This document shows positions 1 to 9,380 of a stretch of DNA of 64,000 nt, piece by piece. The stretch is from NCBI GenBank assembly GCA_963664225.1, contig OY760937.1, positions 5,280,001 to 5,344,000 on the forward strand, in the 5' to 3' direction. Source of the DNA: Verrucomicrobiia bacterium (GTDB lineage Bacteria; Verrucomicrobiota; Verrucomicrobiia; Limisphaerales; UBA1319). Numbering within the stretch: the stretch's first letter is position 1; each line of letters begins with the position of its first letter. The notes beneath the pieces were generated by a model. It did no database searches. It saw only the letters and a list, made by a program, of their open reading frames with translations, and had not been told where the DNA came from. Made by a program: the position numbers and the translations under genes.

Positions 1-31
1 TCGTCTGGCAGCAAAATAACATGGGAAAAAG

Positions 32-1234
32 ATGAAATCCCCGGCTCCTCAAAAAAAAGCAGGGAATCCCCATTCGATCTCGTTTTATGTGCTGCTGGGA
101 GCGGTGGCGTTTGCCTTCATCAAAACGTTCACGCAGTTGTCTCCCATTCTGCTCTCGTTTCTCCTCATTTTGCTGATTTCCCTTGCCGTCAATCCCATCA
201 TTTCCAGGATGCGCGCCTTGACGGGCGGGAGAAAAATCGCCACCGCGATTCTTGCGACTGCATTTATGGCTCTGCTCGTTCTGACGGGACTGGCCTTTTT
301 CGCGCCAATGAAAACCTCGGTCGCAAAGCTATCGGACGAGTTTCCGGTTTACTGGGCGCGGATCCAAAAGCCCTTGATCAAATTGGAGCGCCAGGCGGCT
401 CATTCCGAGGACAAAATTCAGGCCGAAGTCACTTCCGAAATTTCCCGTTCCACGAATAAATTGGAGAGGCCCGAAGTCGCGCCGGCCAGCGAACCGCCTC
501 CGGACAAAACCACAAAGGGTACCGGTTCGATTCGTTCCGGTTTGACCCAGACACTACAGGGCGTGGCCGGTCGCTTTACGGCGGTGGCATTCAATGTGGC
601 CCAGATTGTGTTCGTTTTGGCGACCGTCCTCGTTGGCACCACCTATACGCTCATGAACCCCCGCCCGATTTTCGAGGCGATCTTTTCTCTGGTGCCCGAG
701 CGCCACCACGCTCAGACATTGACCATCATGCAACGCATTGCAAAATTTGTCCCCGGTTGGGCATTGGCAACAGCTCTGGCCATGCTGACCGTCGGTTTTT
801 TGGTTTTTGTGCTGATGTGGCCCCTGCTGGGTTTTACCGATGCCTTGGTCCTGGGACTCATCGCGGGTGTCTTTGAAGCCATTCCGTATCTTGGCCCCAT
901 CCTCAGCGCGCTGCCCGCGCTCATGTTCGCTCTGACCAAGGGAGGATGGACTCCCCTCTGGGTTCTACTCGCGTATCTCGCTGTACAGCTCCTGGAAAAT
1001 AATGTGATCATCACTCTGATCGTCTCGCGCAGCATGAAGCTGCATTCCACGGCAGTCATCTTTTCCATGCTTTTGTGTGTCGCTGCCTTCGGTGTTCTGG
1101 GCGTTTTGGTCGCGGCACCCCTGGTCGCGATTTTGCAGATATTGCATGATGAACTCTATCGAAAACGCTATCTTCCCAACGCCACAGACGCAGACCTGGA
1201 AAAGCTGGCGCGAAAATCTCTGGGCGAAAAGTAG
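32..1234 (+). CDS. AI-2E family (PerM/YhhT-like) membrane transporter
   Basis: 400 aa, many hydrophobic helices, family-typical 'LISLAVNPII', 'IPYLGPILSALP' and 'VQLLENNVI...LH...GVLGVLVAAPL' segments. Confidence 0.85.
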   Translation: MKSPAPQKKAGNPHSISFYVLLGAVAFAFIKTFTQLSPILLSFLLILLISLAVNPIISRMRALTGGRKIATAILATAFMALLVLTGLAFFAPMKTSVAKLSDEFPVYWARIQKPLIKLERQAAHSEDKIQAEVTSEISRSTNKLERPEVAPASEPPPDKTTKGTGSIRSGLTQTLQGVAGRFTAVAFNVAQIVFVLATVLVGTTYTLMNPRPIFEAIFSLVPERHHAQTLTIMQRIAKFVPGWALATALAMLTVGFLVFVLMWPLLGFTDALVLGLIAGVFEAIPYLGPILSALPALMFALTKGGWTPLWVLLAYLAVQLLENNVIITLIVSRSMKLHSTAVIFSMLLCVAAFGVLGVLVAAPLVAILQILHDELYRKRYLPNATDADLEKLARKSLGEK

Positions 1235-1318
1235 GCGGGACGGCTCAAACAATATTCTGCTCGCATGAAACACTTCCTCACACCCCCAGCTAGGCACAAC
1301 CAGAAAATAGAACATTAA

Positions 1319-1941
1319 TCCAATGGGAAATCCTCCGGCTGTGCCGGAGGACTCCCGAAGTTTGACAGCTCCGGGAGTCGTTTGTGAGTCTGTATTTCGT
1401 GAACCGCTCAAAGTTTACGAAAAGGACAGACCATGCAAACATATGAGAGTTTGAAACACACGACGTGGGAATGCAAATATCATGTGGTGTTCATACCGAA
1501 ATGCCGTCGGAAGGTGTTGTATCAGGGGATCCGGCGAGAATTGGGGGAAGTGTTCCGCAGTTTGGCGGAGCAGCGGGAATGCACAGTGGAGGAAGGGCAT
1601 CTGATGGCCGACCATGTGCATATGCTCCTGTCAGTGCCGCCGAAGTATTCGGTATCCAACGTGATGGGTTTCATCAAAGGCAAAAGTTCGATACATATCG
1701 CGCGGGTTTATACAGGGCGGCGGAGAAATTTCGTCGGCCAGCATTTTTGGGCACGCGGGTATTGGGTATCAACGGTCGGCAAGAACGAGGCTGCCGTGCG
1801 TCAGTATATCCAAAACCAGGAGAAGGAAGACAAACGCCTCGAACAATTGGAGCTGACGGCGCTTTGAGCGCCTCACGATCCTAAGCCGCTTTGAGCGGTT
1901 CACGCTATCTCAAGCCTCCGGCTTTGCCGGAGGTCGCTGAC
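1319..1941 (+). mobile_element. IS200/IS605-family insertion sequence (tnpA only, no tnpB)
   Basis: Subterminal hairpins CCTCCGGC-tgt-GCCGGAGG (1332-1350) and CCTCCGGC-ttt-GCCGGAGG (1915-1933) flank a Y1 transposase. Ends inferred from IS608-type guide/cleavage pairing: AAAT with target TTAA (1315-1318) and CAAG with TGAC (1938-1941). Confidence 0.85.
1433..1867 (+). CDS. tnpA: IS200/IS605 Y1 HUH transposase
   Basis: 'YHVVFIPKCRR', HUH motif 'DHVHML', 'FWARGYWVSTVG', catalytic 'YIQNQ'. Confidence 0.95.
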   Translation: MQTYESLKHTTWECKYHVVFIPKCRRKVLYQGIRRELGEVFRSLAEQRECTVEEGHLMADHVHMLLSVPPKYSVSNVMGFIKGKSSIHIARVYTGRRRNFVGQHFWARGYWVSTVGKNEAAVRQYIQNQEKEDKRLEQLELTAL

Positions 1942-1961
1942 ATATCTGGACAGTGAAACGT

Positions 1962-3140
1962 TCAGGCAGCCTTGTCGAGGTTGAAGGCGTCTGAATATCT
2001 ACAGAATCGCGGGTCTGTTTTGGAGGCCAGGAATTTCTTGAGGGAAAGACTTTGGGCTGAACTGCGGAGAAATTCCGGCCACGTATGGCACAGGGCCTCG
2101 GAAACGACCCATTCGGAAGGGGGTTTCTGGGGGACTGCGGTGCGAATATAGGTGTGGAAATTGAACCAGGCCACGCGCCGGAAGTGGAGCGCCAGGTATT
2201 GCATCAACCCCTGGGCAATGAGTCCGAGTTGGAGGTGGCGCTCATAAGCCCCAAGCTTGCGCCGGATGTTTTGGCGATAGGCTTCTGACTTGTGATGGAC
2301 ATGCTGTTTGCCGCTGCCCCGCTCAATGGGCGTCATGTCCTGCATCCAGAAATGGTAGGCATAGGCGCCAACGGTGTGAATGGCGGCTTTGAAACCCACC
2401 TCAATTTTGAAGCGCCAACCATAAAGCCGGAGAATCTCCATCGGTTCGAGGGTCACATCCGTGCAAAGGAGGACCATTCGACCGCGCGTGGGATGATCCA
2501 CCCAGACAAAGCGCACCATCCGCCCCGATTGACGCCAGAGCAGATCGGCGCTCAGGAAGCGCAAAGTCACGTCCTTCTCGCCATAGACCGGACTGGGGGC
2601 CTTGGTGAATTGCTTGGCATGGCGAAACCACGTCTTGAGTTTGGTCTTGTTCCCATAGGTTTTGGGCCGTCCAGGCCGTTTGGTCCCTGGGGATGGCTCG
2701 GGGAAGTAGGCGACGGCGGTGGTTCTGACGCGGGTGACCAGATGATGACCCTGACCCAGAAGAGCCCGGGCGAATTTGGCGGCCGCGTAATAGGCATCGG
2801 CCACGACGAGGACCGGTTCACTCCAGTGGAGTCCCAAAATGAGGGACCCCAATTTGTCGAGCAAGGTGCGCCGGTCGCGGTTTGACCAGCGCAGGCCCTC
2901 ATGAATCCGGGCTGTGACGGGCACCGCCATGCACACCCCGGCGGCCTGCGCCAGCAGGGCGACGGCCTGAATCGAGTGTCCCATGATAAAGCTCGCCTTA
3001 GAGTTGGAGCCCGACTCCTGGTGGAGGCTTTTGACGGCGGGCATCTTGCGGCCCACCTTGCCCCGTTTGAGTCCGTCGACCAGGAGAATAGGCCTTCCTT
3101 TGACCCGCACCAGCCTCCGGGCCAGTATCCGTTCCAGCGT
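1962..3140 (-). pseudogene. 5'-truncated DDE transposase (IS4/IS701-like)
   Basis: 'LLVDG', 'VVADAYY', 'YGWRFKIEVGFK' (Y-x2-R-x3-E-x2-FK) motifs. The frame opens just after a stop at 3141-3143 with no N-terminal domain and abuts unrelated sequence. Confidence 0.75.
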
Positions 3141-3402
3141 TCAGACCCGCCGCCTTAAACTCGGTCTGCGTCATAGGTCGCCACGCAAGAAGCGGCCTTG
3201 GACACCCGGGGAGGACGCGCTCTTGGGCACCGCGTCTGATACAGAGATTGCCGCGCGCCTTGAACGCCATGTGGCCGTCGTTTGCATCCGCCGCCAAAAG
3301 CTGGGCATCGCCAATCTGTATTGGCGGCAGCGCAGTGGGAGACAGCGTTTACGGAAAGGTCAGCCCTCGGAGAATCCCACCGCAAGTGCTTCGCATCCGT
3401 AG
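3140..3402 (+). pseudogene. C-terminal remnant of a Myb/SANT-like HTH-repeat protein
   Basis: 'RPWTPGEDALLGTASDTEIAARLERHVAVVCIRRQKLGI' resembles W-T-x-E-E-D-x-L-L-G helix-turn-helix repeats. No own start; a frameshifted copy lies at 22822-23016. Confidence 0.5.
3217..3400 (+). repeat. Diverged direct repeat, block A copy 1 (copy 2 at 22822-23016)
   Basis: Shared stretches such as 'gccgtcgtttgYatccgccgccaaaagctgg' and 'gcagcgcagtgggagacagcgYttacggaaaggtcag'. Confidence 0.9.
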
Positions 3403-3600
3403 TTGCACACCCACAGTCGGGTGCTAGTCCACCACGAGATTAAAGAATTAGAGGCAGTAGGGCCATGCCTCGTGGAAAGTGCGGTCCAACCGCCTGGTTT
3501 CAAGGCTGGCATGAATCTTACGTGGTCCCGTGTCCCAACCCTCAATGCTGAAGACCACGCAGTTGATCGTCTGCCGGAGGCGGCGGCCACAATTGGACCA
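3403..3600 (-). pseudogene. Fragment of a DUF1817/CRR6-like protein
   Basis: Translates 'GRRLRQTINCVVFSIEGWDTGPRKIH...RRLDRTFHEAWPYCL*FFNL' with in-frame stops. Resemblance to 'EGWD.DPREIH.IPEIRRF...WPYWL.FCNL' is from memory. Confidence 0.45.
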
Positions 3601-3632
3601 GAATGGTTCTGGGTTCAGCAACCCATGGAAGC

Positions 3633-3953
3633 ATGCTATTGCTCCTGGCCGCGGTGGGGTGGTATCCGCTTGTCCTGTTGTGTCTGGCGATGGGCGGATG
3701 GGGGATGGTGCTTTACTTTTCAACGAGTAATACCCCCATCCAAAGCCGCGTCTCGGATGAGATGCGCGGGCGCGTGATGGGCATCTGGGGTTTGGTGTTC
3801 GGCGGCATGTTGCCGGTGGGCGGGCTCGAATCGGGTCTCCTTTCGCAGGCCATTGGGGTGCCTTGGACGATCACGGCGGGGGCACTTGTGTGCGCGAGTG
3901 CCGGGCTGGTAACGTGGCCGGTCATGCGGCGTAACCTGCCTGGCCCCAGTTGA
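3633..3953 (+). pseudogene. C-terminal fragment of an MFS transporter
   Basis: 'SNTPIQSRVSDEMRGRVMGIWGLVFGGMLPVGGL' is the typical late cytoplasmic-loop motif of MFS_3/DHA3 transporters; only about 3 helices remain. Confidence 0.7.
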
Positions 3954-4100
3954 GCCGCGCGCCTGATTTGTTTGTCGCCATCGGTATCAGCGACCATGGC
4001 ACTGGAGTTTGAGCAGGCATGGTGCCTTTGGATCAACCTTTGCCATCGGCAGGTCCTGAGCCTCGGTCTTTTTTATGACCACACTCAGGAGGGGGATAGA

Positions 4101-5078
4101 TCATGCGCCCGACTCGCCTGTCTGGAACAATTCCAGGGCGGTCAGAAAAGGATCATTCAAGTCCATGCCCAAATCATGCTCCGGCGCGATGCGCTTGAAC
4201 CCGGCATACATGAGGCACATCATTTGCAGGCCGGTAAACTGTTCATCGGGCAGCGATTTCAGGGTGTATTTCGGTTCCGGTGACGCGTAATCAAGTCCGT
4301 GGCGACCCACGGAGGCCGCCTCGAAGGCAATTTTTCGAACCTTTTCGACGGGCAGTTTGTCGTAACGTTTCAACACGGCCAATAAGTGCCACACTGCCGC
4401 AGGATACTTCTTTTTCAGCAGGTCCACATTGGTGACCCCTTCCTCCTGCGGTGCTGTCATGACTTCGTGGTGGCCTGGATTGGGTTGCCAGGCAAACCAG
4501 CCACGTATCCCAAGCATATCGGCAAACTTATCCACGAGGGCATACTCATCGCCAGGACCAATTTGCGGTTGGCGCGATTGCCAGTGGTGGAACAGGCGCT
4601 GGGATAGGCCAAACGCCTCCAGCTTCTGAAAGCGGTTTGCCACATCAGTAGCGCCATGAAAGAGGTGATCGAGAAATAATGCGAACGCACCGTTCATCGC
4701 CAGGCTGGCCCGGAAGATGAGCGGGGTAGTGACCTGACGGATGTCGGGGTGATTGGTTGCCTCCCATGCCTCCTCCGCCATCAGGAGCAGCGACTCGAAC
4801 TGGGCCGCATGAAGCACCGGCATTTTCACCCGTAACTCCGCCTCAATCAGCATGTCGAGCGGACAATTGTAGAGGAAATTCGCTAGGCCTGTGATGAGGG
4901 ACTTTACCAAATTATGAACTGAATCATCGCGATAGCCAAGGCGTTGAATCCTGCGAATGTCACCTTGGATACGGTCCTTCGCTGTCTGTTCCGTCGCCGT
5001 AGTTGTCGTGAAAAACTGGTTCTTATCGATCATTCGGGCCTCGGATTCCAGCCGGAGATGCGTCAACTTGTGGGCCAT
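4101..5078 (-). pseudogene. C-terminal portion of a probable TPR-type protein with degenerate HExxH (HKLTH)
   Basis: ORF starts abruptly at 'MAHKLTHLRLE' right after a TAG. C-terminus 'FEAASVGRHGLDY...YTLKSLP...FTGLQMMCLMYAGF' recalls island-borne TPR proteins (from memory). Confidence 0.5.
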
Positions 5079-5534
5079 CTACGCCAGAGCCTATAACACC
5101 ATTCTTGATAGAAGAGATGGCCCTCTGGCTCCGTCGCAGATCACAGACATCCCGCCCGGCACATTCAGAAAACGCGAGGCACCGATTCGGTAGAGGGTTT
5201 GACAAAACAACGTTGGCGGCTCCATTGACTGTGAAGGAGACCACCGCCACCATTCCTTTGAGAATACGGGCTCTCGGTGGTTGGCACTGTTTAAGGTCGG
5301 AATAACTGGACTCACCTGATGACAGGGATGCCACGAGCACTGATGCCCTGAGACCAGTTTGCTTTGCTGACTGTTGGAAGGGGAGGGGGAGTGAATAATT
5401 CCTGAAAATTCCTGAAAGATTTGACCGCTTTTTGTCGCTTCGCTCAGTATTGCTTTTTTTGGAGTAGTCCTGTAAACTGCTTCTATATGGTAACTTACGT
5501 CAGCCTTATGGAAGGCTGGCAGACTGGGGCCTTT

Positions 5535-5561
5535 GGATTCGATTCCCTTCACCCGCTCCAA
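5535..5561 (+). mobile_element. att-like site: 3' end of tRNA-Gly (copy 1)
   Basis: TTCGATTCCCTTCACCCGCTCCA (5538-5560) is the T-loop, acceptor 3' strand and CCA typical of tRNA-Gly(CCC); the 5' half of the tRNA is absent. Confidence 0.8.
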
Positions 5562-6095
5562 ATCCATAAGTTTCTGGCGTTTCGACACATTTAATAGCCT
5601 TTCTCCATAGACGCGACCAAGGGCGGTAGCACCTACGGCCAAACAGGGAAATTGCCCAAAGAACAGCACAGGCCGTTGCCGGTGAATACGCGCGAGCTGA
5701 AATGCTGGCTCAAGAGGGGAAGGTAAGTAGGAATCAATTCCGCAAGGTGTTGCACGACACTCTGGTTTGACCGATGAAACTCACCGGAGTGTGTTTGTGC
5801 GATGGCAAAAACTCGCCCCATTTAGATCGAATAAGCTGTAAGGATCCTCCGTCAAGAGGTTATGCACAGCGTACTCCACCAGCACAGAAGATTTGCGTTT
5901 TTTTGGGTTGGGAATTCACTTTTAAGGAGGCGGCGTGAATTGTCGCATGGGTCAGCCGACCCTGTTAACCCAAGGCCTGCAATTTCAATAATCCGGACCT
6001 GCGGTGAAAACTCCTTGCGCAGATCTTTTCGCACTCCTGGGCATTGCCTGCGTGGCACTGGGAATTAGAATGCCACTTTTTCCAGATTCCGTAAT

Positions 6096-7544
6096 ATGGT
6101 TTTCAGTTCTCAACTATTCATCTTTTACTTTCTGCCGATTGTCCTTCTGGTTTATTACGCTTCTCCCCAAAAAGCGCGGCATCTCGGACTGACGCTTTTC
6201 AGTTACCTCTTTTACGGATGGGCGAATCCCTGGTTCGTTTTGCTGATGCTTGGCACCACGGCGGTGGATTACTTGGTGGGCCTTTGGATTGCCGGTGGAT
6301 TCGGCTGCAAAGAGGTTCCTCTCCTGCCGATAAATGGTCCACGAACACGAAGCCAAAAGATCGCATTGGCGGTGTCCGTGTGCAGCAACCTGTCGCTCCT
6401 GGGGTTCTTCAAGTATTTCAACTTTGGCCTCGAAAACTACAACGCCATGGTCGCTGCGCTCGGCCTTGCGTCGTGGCACTGGGACACGGCCCTGCGCGTG
6501 ATGCTCCCATTGGGCATCAGTTTCTACACGTTCCAGTCCATGAGCTATACGATCGACATCTACCGCGGGGAGGCGCGTGCGATCCGGAGCTTCATCGACT
6601 TTGCCTGCTTCGTCAGCATGTTCCCGCAGCTCGTCGCCGGTCCCATCATCCGGTTTAGCGAGATCGCGGACCAACTCCAGTCACGCACTCATACCGCGGA
6701 GAAATTCGCCCGCGGCGTGGCCATGGTCTCCGTCGGTCTTTCCAAAAAAGTCCTCCTCGCCAATCCTTGCGGCAAGGTTGCGGATGTCGTGTTTGCGGCC
6801 ACTCCGGCTGGGACGCTGGATTCCTGGTACGGGCTGCTGGCCTACGCGTTCCAGATCTATTTCGATTTCAGCGCGTATTCGGACATGGCGATCGGGTTGG
6901 GGTTGATGATGGGCTTCATGTTTGCAAAGAACTTCGACAGTCCGTACCAGTCCACCTCGGTCACCGAGTTCTGGCGCCGCTGGCATATTTCGCTATCGAC
7001 GTGGCTGCGCGATTATCTCTACATTCCGCTTGGCGGTAACCGCTTGGGCACGGGGCGCACCTATGTGAACCTCGCGGTTGTGATGCTTCTTGGCGGACTG
7101 TGGCATGGCGCGGCTTGGACGTTTGTCATCTGGGGCGCCATCCATGGCGGGATGCTGGTCATCGAGCGACTGCGCGGCAAGACAAGTCTCTACGAAAGAC
7201 TGCCGCGCCCGGTGCGCATAGCCCTGACATTTGCGCTCGTCAACCTTGCCTGGGTGTTCTTCCGGTCAAACGATCTTCCCTCGGCCCTGGCGTTTATCGG
7301 GCGGCTGTTCGGCTTTGGAACGGCGCATTCCGGGACGGCCCTGGTGGGCGGACTGCTCTACTCGCCGTATTATCTCGGCTGCTTTGTGCTGGCGGGCGCG
7401 GTTGTTTGGATCGCACCGCAAAGCTGGGACTGGACGCGGCGGCTCACCTGGCAGCGCGGGGTAACGTGCGTCGGCTTGCTGTGGGTCTCCCTGGCCGTCA
7501 TGGTGACCCAGGCTTACAACCCTTTTATTTACTTTATCTTTTGA
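6096..7544 (+). CDS. algI: MBOAT O-acyltransferase, AlgI/PatA-like
   Basis: 'LPLGISFYTFQSMSY', 'FPQLVAGPI', 'QIYFDFSAYSDMAIG', 'FWRRWHISLSTWLRDYLYIPLGGNR', catalytic 'GLWHGA', C-terminal 'FIYFIF'. Confidence 0.92.
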   Translation: MVFSSQLFIFYFLPIVLLVYYASPQKARHLGLTLFSYLFYGWANPWFVLLMLGTTAVDYLVGLWIAGGFGCKEVPLLPINGPRTRSQKIALAVSVCSNLSLLGFFKYFNFGLENYNAMVAALGLASWHWDTALRVMLPLGISFYTFQSMSYTIDIYRGEARAIRSFIDFACFVSMFPQLVAGPIIRFSEIADQLQSRTHTAEKFARGVAMVSVGLSKKVLLANPCGKVADVVFAATPAGTLDSWYGLLAYAFQIYFDFSAYSDMAIGLGLMMGFMFAKNFDSPYQSTSVTEFWRRWHISLSTWLRDYLYIPLGGNRLGTGRTYVNLAVVMLLGGLWHGAAWTFVIWGAIHGGMLVIERLRGKTSLYERLPRPVRIALTFALVNLAWVFFRSNDLPSALAFIGRLFGFGTAHSGTALVGGLLYSPYYLGCFVLAGAVVWIAPQSWDWTRRLTWQRGVTCVGLLWVSLAVMVTQAYNPFIYFIF

Positions 7545-7557
7545 GCCAGACAATTTC

Positions 7558-9267
7558 ATGAGCGTTCATCTGACGCGGGAAGAAGTTGCGCGAAAGGAAC
7601 TGGGCCGGACCGAAGTCACGCCCCGGCTGGCGTGGATCATTGTGGCTATCTACCTTGCAACCATGGCCCTGCCGCCCTGCCTGCAAATCGCGATCCACAT
7701 CGCGGGGCCGCACGCCGCTTCAGTTTCTGGCGGAGAGGCTTCTCAGCAGTCTTCAACGGTGCATCCAAGCACCGCATCCCTCCTGCCGGGGGTTGCGCCC
7801 GAGGTGCGGATTCGGTCCTTGTCGTATCTGGTCGGACTGATCCCCTCGGCGCGGCAACTTCGGGAATTCGAGGATCGCCTCAATGAGGCCTCCCTGCCGA
7901 CGCAAACACTGGCACCCTGGGTGGGCTGGGCGATCAAGGGAATCCTGCATGGCGGCGACGAACAGGCATACTTTGGCCGCGGTGGGTGGCTCTTTTACCG
8001 GCCAAGTGTGGACAGCGTCACTGGTCCAGGCTTCCTGACACGCACCTGGCAGCAAGAGCGGTTGCGCACCGCTGACAAGTCATTGCCACTCCCGCAACCA
8101 GACCCGCTCAAGGCGCTAATTCAGTTCCATGGGCAATTGGCCGCGCGCGGCATCGCGCTGGTCGTGATTCCAACTCCCGGCAAGGAAAGCCTGCATCCGG
8201 AGAAACTGGCGCCGCAGTGGAGTTGCGCCATGAATGTCGTGCAGAATCCTTCATTCGAGTTGTTCAAGGCGGAATTGGCAAAAGCGGGAATTGACGTTTT
8301 CGATCCCGCGCCGCTTCTTGAGGAGATGAATCATCGCACCGGGGGAGACGTTTATCTCAAAACTGACACCCATTGGACAGCCCCCGCAATGGAACATGCA
8401 GCCTCTCGTCTGGCCAACTGGATGCAGGAACGCGGACTGGCGCCTGCGCCGGGCTCAGGGGATTGGCAGACCCATACGCAGACGGTATTCAACACGGGGG
8501 ATATTGCCGTGATGTTGAATTTACCAAAAGGCCAACGGATTTACCCAGCCGAGAACGTTCAGATCACTCGGGTGGTGACAACCGAAGGACGCCCATGGGA
8601 ACCGGATGCAACGGCCCCGGTGCTGCTGATGGGGGACAGTTTTTGCAACATATACTCACTTGCCGAGATGGGTTGGGGCGATTCGGCGGGTTTTGCTGAA
8701 CATCTGAGCATGGCACTCCGCCAGCCGATTGATAGACTGGCGATCAACGCCGGTGGCGCGTACAGTGCGCGCCAGGAATTGGTCCGTGAACTCGCCTCCG
8801 GACGCGACCGCCTGGCTGGCAAGCGAGTTGTTCTCTACCAATTTGCGGCCAGAGAACTGGCTTTCGGCGATTGGAAACTATTGGATCTTCCGCAAGTCGC
8901 TGCTCAGTCCCAAAAAACCGCCAGCGTGGGTGGGGAACTCGTTGTACAGGGTCGGGTAAGTGCGATCGCGCGGCTGCCGCAGCCGGGTTCAGTTCCGTAC
9001 AAAGACTGTTTGATTGCCATTCATTTGACTCAGGTGCGCGGCTCTTCATCCGGAGCGGCGGAGAACGAGTTGTTGGTTTACGCCATGGGGATGCGCGATA
9101 ACCGATGGATGCCAGTTTCGTCCCTGCCAGTCGGAGGGAACATCCAGTGCCGCCTCAGCGATTGGGCGAAGGTGGAGAAGAAATATGGCGGTTACAACCG
9201 CGCCGAATTGGATGATCTGGACTTGCTGTCGCTACCCACCTTTTGGTTGGAGGAGGTGACGAAATGA
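7558..9267 (+). CDS. AlgJ/AlgX-type SGNH-like O-acetyltransferase with N-terminal TM and extra C-terminal domain
   Basis: 'GRGGWLFY', 'PTPGKESLHPE', 'KTDTHWT' (DxH) preceding 'MGDSF' (GDS), the AlgJ/AlgX motif order. Confidence 0.85.
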   Translation: MSVHLTREEVARKELGRTEVTPRLAWIIVAIYLATMALPPCLQIAIHIAGPHAASVSGGEASQQSSTVHPSTASLLPGVAPEVRIRSLSYLVGLIPSARQLREFEDRLNEASLPTQTLAPWVGWAIKGILHGGDEQAYFGRGGWLFYRPSVDSVTGPGFLTRTWQQERLRTADKSLPLPQPDPLKALIQFHGQLAARGIALVVIPTPGKESLHPEKLAPQWSCAMNVVQNPSFELFKAELAKAGIDVFDPAPLLEEMNHRTGGDVYLKTDTHWTAPAMEHAASRLANWMQERGLAPAPGSGDWQTHTQTVFNTGDIAVMLNLPKGQRIYPAENVQITRVVTTEGRPWEPDATAPVLLMGDSFCNIYSLAEMGWGDSAGFAEHLSMALRQPIDRLAINAGGAYSARQELVRELASGRDRLAGKRVVLYQFAARELAFGDWKLLDLPQVAAQSQKTASVGGELVVQGRVSAIARLPQPGSVPYKDCLIAIHLTQVRGSSSGAAENELLVYAMGMRDNRWMPVSSLPVGGNIQCRLSDWAKVEKKYGGYNRAELDDLDLLSLPTFWLEEVTK

Positions 9268-9380
9268 TCGCCGAAATTCTGATCCATCCTCGCCTCGCAT
9301 TGGAATGGCGGCGGGATGCCATCGCAACCATCCTTGAATTGGGTTCATCGCAAACGGCGGAGTATCTTTTTTTCAAATGA
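9264..9380 (+). CDS. 38-aa micro-ORF coupled to both neighbours by ATGA overlaps
   Basis: MIAEILIHPRLALEWRRDAIATILELGSSQTAEYLFFK*. Its ATG overlaps the upstream TGA (9264-9267), its TGA overlaps the downstream ATG (9377-9380), and GGAGGAGG lies upstream. Confidence 0.45.
   Translation: MIAEILIHPRLALEWRRDAIATILELGSSQTAEYLFFK

Larger units (their letters stand above)
3393..4137 (+). repeat. Diverged direct repeat, block B copy 1 (copy 2 at 15680-16256)
   Basis: Shared 'ccctcaatgctgaagaccacgcagttgatc', 'gtgtgcgcgagtgccgggctggt' and identical 27-mer 'gactcgcctgtctggaacaattccagg' (4111-4137 = 16230-16256). Copy 2 lacks most of 3633-3856. Confidence 0.9.

Noticed and set aside
1868..1961. tnpB/IscB or omega-RNA associated with the IS200/IS605 element
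   Set aside because: The right-end hairpin follows tnpA within about 50 bp; no RuvC-type ORF is present.
4054..4090. Integron attC site
   Set aside because: Lacks RYYYAAC/GTTRRRY ends, and no integron integrase is present.
5490..5561. Intact tRNA gene
   Set aside because: Only the T-loop, acceptor 3' strand and CCA are present; no 5' acceptor strand, D arm or anticodon arm. The same holds at 23357-23383.
5091..5669. 192-aa ORF containing 'ERVKGIE'
   Set aside because: That peptide is the reverse translation of the tRNA 3' end; spurious ORF across the att site.
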